Assembly: GCF_963506605.1 (NCBI RefSeq)
Contig: NC_083284.1
Location: 51,584,001 to 51,648,000 of the forward strand
Direction: 5' to 3'
From: Zootoca vivipara
Lineage: Eukaryota
DNA length: 64,000 nt
Below, in pieces: positions 47,501-59,776 of this stretch (the stretch's first letter is position 1; the number at the start of each line of letters is the position of its first letter). Both the position numbers and the translations under genes were made by a program. A model generated the notes under the pieces. That model searched no databases. It saw only the letters and a list, made by a program, of their open reading frames with translations, and was not told where the DNA came from.

Positions 47501-50500
47501 ATTACACTAGCATTCTGTCTTTAACAACTGATCACACACACAGTTTGAAAGGTTAAAAAAAATGTAAACTAGATTTTTATATTAGAATCTGCATGATACT
47601 TACTACAGCTTTGTGTTTGTGGACTCTTCCCAATGCCTTTAAGGATGACAGGAAGGAGAGAGAGAAAGAGATGGCAAGTTAGGAAGCTAATGATGGTTGG
47701 GATTTCGATAGCTCTTACTTTAAGCTCTCTCAGGAGCAGCAGTGAAAACTACTTTTCATTCACAAGTTTCTAACAAAGGCTCAACTATTTGGAAGGGAAA
47801 GAGCAACTATTCACCCAGCCCTTAAAACAATGACAGCTTTCCTCATTTATAGGTTATACATTTTGACAGGTTTTAAACTCAATTAAGTTTTGGAAAGCTA
47901 GCAAGGCTTATGCTCTGTACTCATCAAATGCCCACAGGTTCTGACCTTTCCCCTCCCTCGGTGAACTAGAATTGGAGCACCTCCAGTGGTAGCACAGTAA
48001 ATTGTGTTTGATTGCATGCAGTTGATTCAGGACAGATCTGAACTGGCATGACATACAAGATACAACTAGTAGTAAATTCCACCTTGGTATATGCATGAGA
48101 TAGCTTGTTGTGGTTTTCAAATTTGCCACTTAAAAATAAATAACTAAAGGAAAGCTCCTTTCCTGAATGAAGAAAGGCTCATGCTGGTAATCAGACATTT
48201 GGAAATCCACACCCTAAACTTCACCTCAGGACACAAGCCAGAAATTATTAAACTTCTTTAATATTAAGTTTAACAGTGTTGCCCTTGGCCTCTAGTTTTC
48301 TGAAGGTGTTGCCATTGGGCTGGGGAGCAGAAACGAAAGAAATGCATGTGGTATCACTATTATGAGTGAATTTCTACCAATAATGAAACAAATAAACCTG
48401 GTGATAGTCTGGAGGCAAGAGCTAGGACTCAGCTATACAGCTGCAAATAAAACATTTTAAGTGTGTTTTAAGTGCAATACACAATGTGACACTAGATGGC
48501 AATGGTAAGCCGTATGGAATTCAGTGTATTTTTTAAAAATGCTTTTTAAAAAAGCATTTTCATAACCGTTTTTATATGTGTGTAGATTCCACCCTAGTCT
48601 GAACAGGTTCCCAAGCAGATTAAAAACAAAGCCATCTTTTCCCCAAGAAAAAGCTTCAGTGATACTACTTTAGCAGTGTTGAACTCCAAATTATTTGTTT
48701 AAAGACAATTTAATAACAACAGCTACAATAACAAACACTAAGCCAGCTAAATATTTTATGCATCAAAAACTGCAAATCAACAGAAATTGAAAACAAGTAT
48801 ACCTAATGCAATTATGTATTTGAAAAGGCATAAAGAAACAAAAGTTTTTAGAATACAGTAGACACTGCCTGATGTTACCAGGCAGGAAGTTTTTCAGCAT
48901 AGGTACTGCCACAGTAAAAGGCAGACTTCCTCATAGATGTGAAATGAACATTATATGGCTTCTGCAAAAATGCAAGTTCCACAGATCAAAGTGATCAAGT
49001 AGGCACATATGGGGCAAGTTGACCCTTCGAATAATCTCATTCCAAGCTATTGAGGGTTTTATTTACTAACACCTTGAACTTGCACATATCTTTGAGCACA
49101 GGTGTAATATATTGACAAGTTCTCATTCTTGTCAGCAGCTGTGCTGCAACATGCTGCATTAACTGAGGTTTCTGGATCAACTGCAAGGGAAGTCCCACAC
49201 AGAGTCTGCTGCAGTTCCTTCAGAGGGAGTTCAACCCAGTCTTTGGACATGTTGTTGGCAAATTCAGGAATTCTTCTGCAAGTGCAAGCACTTTTTAAAC
49301 ACTTTGGTAACCAAAACATGTGTAACTCTATTGGCAATAGGATTCTGAATAGGTAGGGTAAAGTTCAGGCAGAAATGGACATCCCTGAGCCTCAACACAA
49401 AATAATATTGCAGGTGCTTCAGTAGAAAGCCATTCACCTAAAGGAGGATTTTGCCCTTGTAAAACAAAAACTCACGTACATTAAGGAAGCTGAATGTTGG
49501 GAGATTCGGGACACAAAAGAAAGTACTTCACACAGCAAACAGTTAAACTCTGGAGTTTGCCTGCATAGGAGGCCATGATGTCCCAACCTGGATGGCTTTA
49601 CATAAATTCATGTTGGATAAGGCTATCAATGGTTGCTAGCCATGATGGCTACATTCTACCACTACTGTCAGAGCCATATACTTTTGAATACCAGTTCCTG
49701 GGAATCGCAGGTGGGGCAAGTGCTGTTGTGCTCAAATTCTGCTTGCAGGTTTCCCAGGGACATCTGTCTGGCTATTGTGAGAACAGAAAATCTGGTCTAT
49801 ATGGGCCTTTGGGCTGATCCAGTGAGGTTCTTCTTGTGATAAAAAGTCTCAATTGACCTGCCTAATCCTAACTGGAAGCACATAGGCATCAGCGCTAGAC
49901 ACTCGGAAGCTGGATCTTTTTTCATGCCATCCAATTAAATGCTCAGGCTCCTCAAAAGTCAGACTTGAAAGCTTACTGGAGAACTACATTACAGAAGCAC
50001 AAATTACATTTGGAGTATGGATTTGCACACAAGACCTCTGATCTTTGTTGTAGTGACACTTTATAAATCAGGACTACAGGTTCTTGTTAACATTGTTCAA
50101 GTGTGATGTGTGATTCCTCCCCTCCCCCCCCAGAATTGACACAACCTTTGAACCAGTTATACTAGGTTGTGTATCTTTAATCTTAGCAAATGTTTAGTGG
50201 CATGTTGTGAAATACTAATTTGTAAACTGGCCAGGAGATCCAAGCTTTTACACAACACAAGTTCAACCTTTATTGTTTACTCTGTTGGTCAAAGATCAGC
50301 ATTTTGTAACTTGCTAAACTTTGCTTCTTTCTTCCCTTGATCAAGGCATTTTGATGTATCATCAAAACTTGTGGCTCTCCCATAAACTACTTTGCTCACC
50401 TCAAGTTCTTTCATGCTGATTACATCCACTCCACATTTCTTTCCACGAGTAGCAAGATCACTCTCAAAGGGATCCATGATCACAATTGTCTTGAGGACAG

Positions 50501-53500
50501 ATAGTTCTCCTTTCTCGATGCTATCCAACAGGAGCCTCGCCTTTTCAGGCTTATCACAAAAAACCAATGCTATGTCAGCTAAAATTGGGAAGAAAGGGGG
50601 CAAAGTTATTAAAATCTGAGTAATTAGAATCAGCTTACCCTCACACTGTCAAGTCTACTTCTGCACAAAAGACTATGTCACCAAGGTTGGGAGTAAATTG
50701 CATATTGTGCACTTAAGTTTGGCGTTTTCATTTTGCTGCAGGGATCTTATTGTATGTAGGCCATTTCCAAGAACGCTCTTCAGGCTGCTCCTTCTCCAAA
50801 GCAATTATACCCAAAAAAAGATTGTCGGAATCGATGAATTCACTTCCTATAGTCAGCAAGTCCTTGTGTCTACTCAGCTATTAAAGGCTACTTCATCTTA
50901 CCTACTGCTATTCTGTTGCTGTAGCAGCTTTCAAAAACAATTCTGCAAAGAACTCTACAGCTGCAAAATTAAGTTGTATTCAGTGATGTTTAGGTTATGG
51001 TGGGTAGACTTTTTAATAGTGATGGTATTACAGACAAGTGTATTCAGTTGTTGAGGAATGGAGAATATACCTTTATTTACAATGTAAGTAATAGCTTCAG
51101 TTCCAAGGGTGTCGTAGAGGGGTACAGCCACCATAGAGTAAGAGTAGCATCCTTGTTCAATTATAACCCACTGCAAGAGAAGCAGAGTTAATGCAGTGCT
51201 TATTTGCCAAGCACAGATGCTACAGCCAGCTGGCCTGGTTTAGGTATTTTCACACTAGCATTCAAACAGTGACTCAAGTATGCCAGTGTCAGCCTTGTTT
51301 GTTTGCAAAGCAAGCTGCTGCCATCAACTGAAGTACACAGCAGTAAGGGAGAAAGTCTATGCTTTTGCAATTCAAGTTTCCTTTATGAATACTGTCATGG
51401 AAGCTAAGACTCCATTCACGCAGCTATTCCACCTTGTGATCGGTGCTGTTTTGCCAGCCCATGCATGTGAGTGTTTGGCACAGATTTGTTGTTATGATAA
51501 GTTACAAGCCAACTTTTGCTGATGCAGTTTGTTGCATTCTGCATGTGCATAACAACCAGTTCAATCACAAGCTGATAGTCTGAACAGACACCAAGATAAG
51601 GAGGAACTATTACCCCCACCCCAACACACACAAACAGTCCTGGAACAGTCTGTCAATAAATCATTGGAGTTGGACGTACGTATTCGTGTTGAAATATTTT
51701 GTAATTCTGGAGTACTGAAAAAAAGAACATTACTTCTGCATCTTGTTTCTCAGGGTTACTTCACATTGCCCCTGTGGGAGGAACTGGACATAGTAAACAC
51801 AGATCTGCTGCTGAAAATGATATAAAGAGTTTCCCTCTCCTCTTCTTTGTAATAGAGTACAGTACTGGAAAAGTGTGGTGAGATCACATCATACATTTGG
51901 CAGCTGCAAGGGCATGGAGTGGTAAAAAAGGGCTATTGCTCCACAACAGTCATATCTACTTCCATCTTGTTTACATGTGCTGCTATCAAACCCAGTTCAC
52001 TGCCACATGAATTTGTTCAATACAAGCATTTACAAGAATACATTACAATTTCTTATGCATGCAAAAAGCAACCACTTGTACAAAGAGTATTGTAATGCAA
52101 TGTGCATCAGGAAGTGCCATAGGAGGACACTTCCATCATGATATGTTGCCGTGAACCTGAAGGATAAAGCTGATTTAAGCAATACTATAATAAGCAAGCT
52201 AACCGATGGCTAAAGCGAAGCCATAAGCTAATGCTTTCTTAATCAAAGTCCCAGATATTTTCCACACCCATTTCTCTATAATGTGCTGTATTGTATTACT
52301 GGACCAATCAGTTCAATGGAACACCTGTCCTAAAGATAAGCACATTAGATTAAGAGATAATGTTGGAAAAAACAAATGCCAACAAAAACAATGCAGGAAA
52401 CAAACTCCCTGAACTAGTATTGCACTGGAATAAATGTTCAGTATCTTAGCTACCACAGTTGTTACGACTCAGTTTTGTGGTCTGTTAGTATCAAGTCTTA
52501 GAGGCTTGCCTTGTCTACAGTTCACAATTCAAATTTCCATAAAGGGTGCATATGAAGGAACAGTCTCCCTCTGAAAAACATCTCAGTTATAAAGCTATGT
52601 ATGTACAAATGATTGCTGAAAGCTAGCTAATGAGCAATTAGTTCCACCCTGGTATGAGCTTGGTTCCATAGTAGGGCTTGGTATCAATTCTTCTTACACG
52701 TTGTGCAAGTTTATAGGCGCACTGCATTACAACACTCTTTGTACAAGTTTTTTGTTTCCTTTTACACACATAATAAACTGCAATGCATTCTTAACAACAG
52801 AATTTGTAAATGCATATCCAGGTGTGGAAGAGCTGATATTGCAATTTAGGACTGGGCAATATCTGGTTTTCAACATTGTGATATATCAGCAGCTAAATAT
52901 TGGTATATGCTGATATATCACAGTGTCTGAAATGTATCTTGTCTGCTTCTTCCTCCCCATCTTAGGGGAGGAAGAAGCAGCCGAGATATATCACTCAGCT
53001 CCATACCACTCTGGTTCCTGCGAGGAAGAGTAGTATGTGGGCTTGATCAGCTATGGGGTGGGCAGCTTCCTTGTCAGGGGAGAAAAGAACTGCTGCCACC
53101 AGTCTGAACTTCACCAGGGAGTGATCCATCCATGAAAATGGGGCAATCCATATCCACCATCAGACCACTGTCTACCAAACTGAGGGTATGACCTGCAACA
53201 TGAGCCTGGCCAACCTATATTGATACAGCTCTGTGGTTGTCCAGTGGCAATGAATAACTGAGCTGGACCAGTATGGACACAGAAGCCTCCCAACACAATA
53301 GCTTGGGGATTCTGCAGCACCACACTCAAGACCACTTCTGCCAGCTCAAGGACACCAGGGTGGTGGTGGTATACCAACAGGTCCCCTATTTTGGCCCAAC
53401 ACCAGGATCAAACCCTTGAATTCCATGTGAATTGGTTCCTAGTGAGCAAGATGTGATTTTTACGGACGATTGCAACCTCACAGCCATCCAATCTGTACTG

Positions 53501-56500
53501 GTGCTAAACTGTGTATCTGGGCAGACAGGGCTGGGTGAGATTAGGATCATGGAAGCTCATCTTCCCAGGGACGCAAAGCTATACCACACCTTATTCCACA
53601 AGAGTTATCAGCTTAATGATGGCCTTCGATTACCTCAGGTCTGTTCTGTGAAAAGATTCCTATGAACTGATCAGGAGATGGTTTGAAGCCTCTGTTCAGA
53701 AGTGCTGAGCCAACACATTCTGCTCTTTCTGCAACCTGAGGGAAAACACACGTATGTGTAAAGGTGCATCCCTTACCAATTCTGTGAAACCATGTAGGAA
53801 TTGATTGTTCGATTATCTGTTTTATCCTGCTCAGCCTCTTCAGTAACCTTAGCCACTTTACACATTTCACACAGGAATTGGCCAATGCTTAAGATGAGTT
53901 ATATACCATTGAGTAGGATGGAAGCCTGTTTTTTTTTAAAAGCCAGGTATCTGCTCTAAAAAATTATGCCTCGGCAGAGCTAAGAATAATTCCACAACTG
54001 CTCTGGCCATTAAATTAACAAACCACATAGAAGAATCAGATTTTAAATGAGCTGAGACTTATTCGATTTGAATATGTAGGTGGGAATGCTGTTAAGTCTG
54101 TTTAGCCAAGAATACAAAAGCTTAGAACGCGAAATATTATAGGGATCACACACAGGATCAATATTTCCAACACATAATCTCTCTCTCGTGATATAAGCCA
54201 AGTTACAATGAAACATGATGGCTTAGATTCTAAAATAAGCTGACTTGAGGAAGTTAATTGAATAAAGTCCTCCCCCCAAAAAACAAACCAATCATATGTC
54301 TGCTATCGCCCAAAGCTTCCACCCATTTTGGGTAATTTCCCCATTGTGCACAGGGTCTGGAGCCTCTGACCCCTCCAGACAGGCTTTTCAGGGATTGAAA
54401 GGAAGGGACAGGAAACATAAGGAAGTTTACAAAAGGAAAAACTGATTAGAATTCAAGTTTTGAAAGATACTTGAAAGTGTCTGTTGAAATATAGATTAGG
54501 CAAGTGTGCAACACATAAAGCCTGAATACTAGTGAAACTTTAACAACAAATTTTGTATTAAATATAAACATAAAGAACATAGGACACTTAGGTATGCACC
54601 CAATAATTGCAGCTGTTGAACTTCCCTCATCCCAACATTTTTGAAAGGAAATCTTCTTCTTTGGCGATCACTCATAGCCGAGTAAGATTGGCTTCCATAA
54701 ACACGGTTTTAACAACGGGTCCATAAGTAACTGTGGAGGCCAATTCTGGATCCACACTTCCTTCCACAGTGGGGACATTGGTTTCCAGGCGGGAGTTGAT
54801 CACGGTGTGGGGATTTGCCAAGCGTGCCTTCCTCTTAGCACGTTTCTCCCTTGCGTCCTGAGATTGAGTTTCTTCAAAGCCCATGACACCTTTGGTAAAG
54901 GCTCTTCTCCAATGTATTATATTTTTTAAGATTTGCCTTGAGACAGTCTTTAAACCTCTTTTGTTGACCATCAGCATTACGCTTTCCATTTTTAAGTTCA
55001 GAATAGAGTAGTGGCTTTGGAAGACGATCATCAGGCATCCGCACAACAAGACCAGTCCGATGAAGTTGATGTTGAAGAATCATTGCTTCAACACTGGTGA
55101 TCTTTGCTTCTTCCAGTACACTGATATTAGTTCACCTGTCTTCCCAAGTGATGTGTAAAAATTTTCAGAGACACTGTTGATGGAATCTTTCGAGGAGTTG
55201 GAGATGGCGTTTATAAGTGGCCCATTTTTCACAAGCATATAGTAAGTAAGGTTGGTAGTACAATAGCTTTGTAAACAAGCATTTTGCTTTCCCTGCGAAT
55301 GTCCCGGTCCTCAAACACTCTGCACTTCAATCGGGAGAAAGCCGCACTCGCAGAGCTCAGGCGATGCTGGATTTCGGCATCAATGTTGGCCCTTGTGGAA
55401 ACTGCCAAGTTAGTAGAAGTGATATTTTCCAACGTTACACCACTGAGTTGGATTTGTGGCGCTGCAGAGGGGTTATTTTGTACTTGTTGGTGCAGCACTT
55501 TGGTTTTTTGGATGTTGAGTGATAGGCCAAGCTTTTCATAAGCTTCTGCAAAGATATTTAGGATGGTTTGGAGGTCATCCTCTGAGCGTGTGCACACTAC
55601 GTTGTCATCAGCATACTGAAGCTCTATGACAGAAGTTACGGTAGCCTTTTTGCTTTCAGCCTGCTCAGATTGAAGAGCTTTCCATCTGTTCAATATATGA
55701 TTTCTACTCTGGTGGGGAGTTTCCCGTTGACAAAGTGTAGGATCATGGCAATGAAAATAATGAATAGAGTTGGGGCAATAACTCAACCCTGTTTAACACC
55801 TGATCCCACTGTGAATGGTTCACTTTGAGAGCCATTGTTATCTGCGATTGTTGCTGTCATATTATCATGGAGGAGCCGAATGAAGTTTACAAATTTATCT
55901 GGGCAGCCAATTTTCAGAAGGACAGTCCATAGGGCATTACGATTTACAGTGTTGAAAGCCTTAGTCAGGTTAATAAACAGCATATACAGGGGTTGGTTTT
56001 GCTCTGCGTTTTTCTTGAAGCTGTCAAGCGGTGAAAATCATGTCCACTGTCCCCCTAGAAGGTCGAAAACCATTTTGGGATTCAGGAATATTGTTACCAG
56101 ACGGTTTGCTAAGATCCTTGCAAGAATTTTGCCGGCCGCAGCTAATAGAGAGATGCCTCAAAATAACTTGATTGCTGTAAGCATCAAAAGAACCAAACAC
56201 CAACCCCATCAACATACACAAAGTTGTGTCCGCTTACCTCCTTGTAAGAGATCCATTCATATGGTTGATTTGGTTTCCTTACACCCAAACAAGGGCCATT
56301 GTCTACAGTGATAAAAGTTTAAAAGGTTATGAATTTTAGCAACTAAAAAGGAAAAGAAAGAAATACAGGGGAGATTCTAGTTCATTCTATCACCAGATGG
56401 TTCAATCTAGTCCCCCCCACCCCCAAAAAATGATCCTAAAGTTAAAAATTCATGTGCAAGGCTTCATTACTCATGTCAATATTTCAACCATCATGATGCA

Positions 56501-56780
56501 CAGTTCTCACTTTAAACTTCAATCATCAGGTGCTGAAAGTTTAGCTGATTACTATTTGCTATTCCAGCAGACAATATTTTACTGCACCATGAAAGCAGTC
56601 AGTTACTGTTCCTTTCAGGTAACTAGAGCACTGTTCGTTTGCTTTCCTAAAGTATGAATACTCACTTGACACATGCATTCCTCTTTGGAAGACATCATAA
56701 ACTGTCTTCACATCATCATAGTAGTATGACATTGTTTCATCACTATCAAGTAGTGATGATCTTCGGGCATAGTGTTCACC
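29440..56780 (-). CDS. ACSL1: Long-chain acyl-CoA synthetase 1, spliced CDS span (first coding exon not found in window)
   Basis: 19 exons using one gate exon give 1902 nt (633 aa + stop); FTSGTTGSPKG, YGQTE and GW(V)HTGDIG motifs; synteny with CENPU. Confidence 0.95.
30351..30422 (-). CDS. ACSL1: ACSL1 exon
   Basis: [24 protein letters not shown]. Confidence 0.93.
30925..31026 (-). CDS. ACSL1: ACSL1 exon
   Basis: [34 protein letters not shown]. Confidence 0.93.
31739..31882 (-). CDS. ACSL1: ACSL1 exon
   Basis: [48 protein letters not shown]. Confidence 0.95.
32070..32295. mobile_element. Tc1/mariner-type MITE
   Basis: TA|CAGTGGTACCTTGACTTACGA...TCGTAACTCGAGGTACAACTG|TA. Confidence 0.8.
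33073..33210. mobile_element. Palindromic hAT-type MITE
   Basis: CAGTGTTTCCCAACC...GGTTGGGAAACACTG; TSD GTATAGTA/GTATTGTA. Confidence 0.82.
34051..34167 (-). CDS. ACSL1: ACSL1 exon
   Basis: [39 protein letters not shown]. Confidence 0.95.
34511..37532 (-). mobile_element. Young 5'-truncated L1 LINE (RT and C-terminal Cys domain of ORF2, 3'UTR, poly-A)
   Basis: 17-bp TSD CTGGCTCTGCAATTCTC (34494-34510 / 37533-37549); poly(T) at ~34513-34525; open ORF with [30 protein letters not shown]...HMWWTC. Confidence 0.93.
34853..37520 (-). CDS. L1 ORF2 reverse transcriptase, partial (no endonuclease domain, no native start)
   Basis: ~890 uninterrupted codons with all RT motifs. Confidence 0.85.
37571..37755. 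mobile_element. Tc1/mariner-type MITE (same family as 32070)
   Basis: TA|CAGTGGTACCTTGACTTACGAA...TTGTAAGTCAAGGTA. Confidence 0.75.
39116..39204 (-). CDS. ACSL1: ACSL1 exon
   Basis: [29 protein letters not shown]. Confidence 0.95.
39755..40560 (-). mobile_element. Degenerate L2 LINE 3' fragment
   Basis: Similar to 57435-58000 (CCATTTAAGGCTTTATAGGTCA.., GGCAGCCAATG); (TTTTA)n tail. Confidence 0.7.
40129..40272. mobile_element. Palindromic hAT-type MITE nested in L2
   Basis: CAGGCTTCCTCAACC...GGTTGAGGAAGCCTG; TSD GGGTAGGT. Confidence 0.82.
40864..40936 (-). CDS. ACSL1: ACSL1 exon
   Basis: [24 protein letters not shown]. Confidence 0.95.
41143..41562. mobile_element. Tc1/mariner MITE with a second MITE nested at 41190-41425
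   Basis: Outer TACCTCGGGTTAAGTAC...GTACTTAACCTGAGATACCACTG|TA; inner TA|CCCTGTTTCTCATATT...ATATGAGAAACACGG|TA. Confidence 0.75.
42208..42303 (-). CDS. ACSL1: ACSL1 exon
   Basis: [32 protein letters not shown]. Confidence 0.95.
42739..42873 (-). CDS. ACSL1: ACSL1 exon
   Basis: [45 protein letters not shown]. Confidence 0.95.
43102..43236 (-). CDS. ACSL1: ACSL1 exon
   Basis: [45 protein letters not shown]. Confidence 0.95.
43606..44219 (-). mobile_element. Non-autonomous Helitron (614 bp)
   Basis: Minus strand A|TCTATATATA... 5' end; 3' hairpin GCCACGGCAACGTGTGGC followed by CTAG|T; no TSD. Confidence 0.82.
44644..44721 (-). CDS. ACSL1: ACSL1 alternative gate exon B (mutually exclusive)
   Basis: [26 protein letters not shown]; 78 nt; cag/gtaaga sites. 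Confidence 0.85.
44774..44851 (-). CDS. ACSL1: ACSL1 gate exon A (mutually exclusive)
   Basis: [26 protein letters not shown]; 78 nt; cag/gtagga sites. Confidence 0.92.
44968..45240 (-). mobile_element. Short L1-type 3' end insertion
   Basis: Flanked by CCAAAGTCCTTCTTTTT at 44951-44967 and 45241-45257, with an extra partial copy at ~45227-45239. Confidence 0.6.
45564..45918 (-). mobile_element. Sauria SINE
   Basis: Full length with (ACCTTT)n tail; TSD TTCTCATGTCTAA. Confidence 0.9.
46936..47009 (-). CDS. ACSL1: ACSL1 exon
   Basis: [24 protein letters not shown]. Confidence 0.94.
47430..47481 (-). CDS. ACSL1: ACSL1 exon
   Basis: [17 protein letters not shown]. Confidence 0.94.
47604..47636 (-). 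CDS. ACSL1: ACSL1 33-nt exon
   Basis: [11 protein letters not shown]; aag/gtaagt sites. Confidence 0.85.
49480..49840 (+). mobile_element. Degenerate CR1 3' fragment
   Basis: CR1-like 3' ORF2/UTR remnants (AAGCTGAATGTTGGGAGATTC..., GGCTGATCCAG). Confidence 0.5.
50400..50578 (-). CDS. ACSL1: ACSL1 exon
   Basis: [59 protein letters not shown]. Confidence 0.94.
51071..51170 (-). CDS. ACSL1: ACSL1 exon
   Basis: [33 protein letters not shown]. Confidence 0.95.
53634..53735 (-). CDS. ACSL1: ACSL1 exon
   Basis: [34 protein letters not shown]. Confidence 0.95.
54652..56157 (-). mobile_element. RTE-clade LINE fragment, frameshifted (distinct from the BovB copy)
   Basis: [41 protein letters not shown]; (GAA)n tail. 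Confidence 0.85.
56238..56302 (-). CDS. ACSL1: ACSL1 exon
   Basis: [21 protein letters not shown]. Confidence 0.94.
56666..56780 (-). CDS. ACSL1: ACSL1 exon (second coding exon)
   Basis: [38 protein letters not shown]. Confidence 0.93.
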
Positions 56781-57431
56781 CTGTAAATAAAAGAAGGTTA
56801 AATTACACATTTCTTTCTCCAAAGCGTCCTGTGTGACACTTCTTTTTGATGTCAGACAGTAACAGCCAAGTAACTAGGACAGTTGTTGCAACAGTTGATT
56901 GAATTAAGAAGCATGTCAATGAAAGAAGCAAAGCTCTGGCTCAAATGTGTGACAGATATCAATTCAATTTCTACCTCATTTCATTTCTGCTACAATGCTA
57001 GGGCATCCCATATGGTTTATTCTAAGTTAAGCTGTATTTGGTTGGTGCGTACACAAAAACAAAAATTAGTGCTGATAATGTAGTCTAGTTGCAGTTTGCA
57101 GAAAGGAGGTGCACTCTAGAATTAGTCATCCTATGCTAATAAATTGGTTTGAATAGAATAAAATGTTGAACTTAAAAAGGGGTTGCCTTTTTGTAGTCAT
57201 GGTCACATCTGCAAACTATTGTGGGCAACGCACACACCCCACAACCTATTCCATTGCTAAACAAAATGCTTCTTTCAAGCCTAACATCAAAGGGGGTCAG
57301 GGACCCTATGGGAACATGTGTGTTTGCAGACACCACACTGGCAACTCCTGCTCTACACACTACAAGGTCCATGAGTCACTGCAAAAGGTTGGTTCCTCAT
57401 TGCCACTTAAACTAGACTAAAGTTGAGAAGA

Positions 57432-57432
<1 letters not shown>

Positions 57433-57482
<50 letters not shown>

Positions 57483-59500
57483 TTATTATTTATACCCCGC
57501 CCATCTGGCTGGGTTTCCCCAGCCACTCTGGGCGGCTTCCTACAGAAAAATAAAATAAAATAATTGATTAAACATTAAAAGCCTCCCTAAACAGGGCTGC
57601 CTTCAGATGTCTTCTAAAAATCTGGTAGCTGTTTTTCTCTTTGACATCTGATGGGAGGGCGTTCCACAGGGCGGGCACCACTACCGAGAATGCCCTCTGC
57701 CTGGTTCCCTGCAACTTGGCTTCTCGAAACAAGGGAACCGCCAGAAGGCCCTTGGCGCTGGACCTCAGTGTCCAGGCAGAACGATGGTGGAGACGCTCCT
57801 TCAGGAATACTGGACCGAGGCCATTTAGGGCTTTAAAGGTCAGCACCAACACTTTGAACTGTGCTCGGAAACGTACTGGGAGCCAATGTAGATATTCCAA
57901 GACCGGTGTTATGTGGTCTCGGTGACCGCTCCCAGTCACCAGTCTAGCTGTCGCATTCTGCATTAGTTGTAGTTTCTGGGTCACCTTCAAAGGTAGCCCC
58001 ACGTAGAGCACATTGCAGTAGTCCAAGCGGGAGATAACTAGAGCATGCACCACTCTGGCGAGACAGTCCGCAGGCAGGTAGGGTCTCAGCCTGCGTACCA
58101 GATGGAGCTGATAGACAGCTGCCCTGGACACAGAACTGACCTGCGCCTCCGTGGACAGCTGTGAGTCCAGAATGACTCCCAGGCTGCGCACCTGGTCCTT
58201 CAGGGGCACAGTTACCCCATTCAGGACCAGGGAGTCCTCCACACCTGCCCGCCTCCTGTCCCCCACAAACAGTACTTCTGTCTTGTCAGGATTCAACCTC
58301 AATCTGTTAGCCGCCATCCATCCTCCAACCACCTCCAGGCACTCACACAGGACCTTCACCGCCTTCACTGGTTCTGATTTGAAAGAGAGGTAGAGCCGAG
58401 TATCATCCGCATACTGATGAACACCCAGTCCAAACCCCCTGATGATCTCTCCTAGCGGCTGCATGTAGATGTTAAAAAGCATGGGGGAGAGGACAGAGCC
58501 CTGAGGCACCCCACAAGTGAGAGCCCAGGGGTCCGAACACTCATCCCCCACCACCACTTTCTGAACACAGCCCAGGAGGAAGGAGCGGAACCACTGCATG
58601 ACAGTGCCCCCAGCTCCCAACCCCTCTAGACGGTCCAGAAGGATGTTATGGTCGATGGTGTCAAAAGCCGCTGAGAGATCCAGCAGAACTAGGAAACAGC
58701 TCTCACCTTTGTCCCTAGCCCGCCGGAGATCATCAACCAGTGCGATCAAGGCAGTTTCAGTCCCATGATGAGGCCTGAATCCCGACTGGGATCTTCCAGG
58801 CATGCCTGGAGTTGTTCAGCAACCACTCGCTCAATCACCTTGCCCAAGAATGGAAGATTAGAGACTGGGCGATAGTTGGCCATATTGGCCGCATCTAAAG
58901 ATGGTTTTTTAAGAAGCGGTTTAATAACTGCCTCTTTCAGCGGGTCTGGGAGGGCTCCCTCACAGAGAGAAGCATTCACCAACCCGTGAAGCCCATCGCC
59001 CAGCTGTTCCCGGCTAGCTTTTATAAGCCAGGATGGGCAAGGGTCAAGGAGACAGGTGGTTGGTTTCACTCGTCCAAGCAGCCTGTCCACATCCTCGGAG
59101 GTAACAGATTGGAATTGATCCCACGCAACTGGACTAGACAGGACTCTAGCACTCTCCCGCCCTGGCCCTGCTCCCACGGTGGAGTCTACCTCTTCCCGAA
59201 TCTGAGCAACTTTATCTGCAAAAAAACTTTGCAAAATCGTTGCAGGAGATCATGCGGCCTGTACTGGGCCCCGATGGAGCAGGTGGTTCCACTAAACTGA
59301 ACCACCTGAAAAAGTCTCCTGCTGCTGTTTTCTGCAGATGCAATAGAGGCGGTGAAGAAAGTCTTCTTCGCCGTTGCTACTGCCACTTGGTAGGCTCAAC
59401 ATTGAACTCTAACCAGTGTCTGGTCAGCTTCAGAATGAGTTATCCACCACCGGCGCTCTAGCCGTCTCAGGAATTGTTTCATTGCCCTCAGATCTGTGGA
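57433..59500 (-). mobile_element. 5'-truncated L2-clade LINE with (AAT)n tail
   Basis: YRPVSNLPFLGK, SGFRPHHGTETAL, DLSAAFDT, QYADD, HITPVLEYLHWLPV; frameshifts; microsatellite 57433-57490. Confidence 0.88.
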
Positions 59501-59776
59501 AAAAGTCTAACTCTATACTGCAATAACTGTTCAGTATAATCTTTTGCAATTGCCTTGTTCCAAGGCAGTGGTAGCCAATGTAATGCCCTCCAGATGATGC
59601 TGAACTACAATTCCTACCATCCCTGACTACTGGCCATGCTTGCTAGGGCTGATGGGAATTGTAGTTCAGCAACATCCATAGGACCAAAAGTTTCTCACAC
59701 CTGCTTTACAACCGCTGACAAAAACTGTCTCAGAAACAGATTTCTCTTTAGTATAAGAATTGCACCTGTATAAAGT

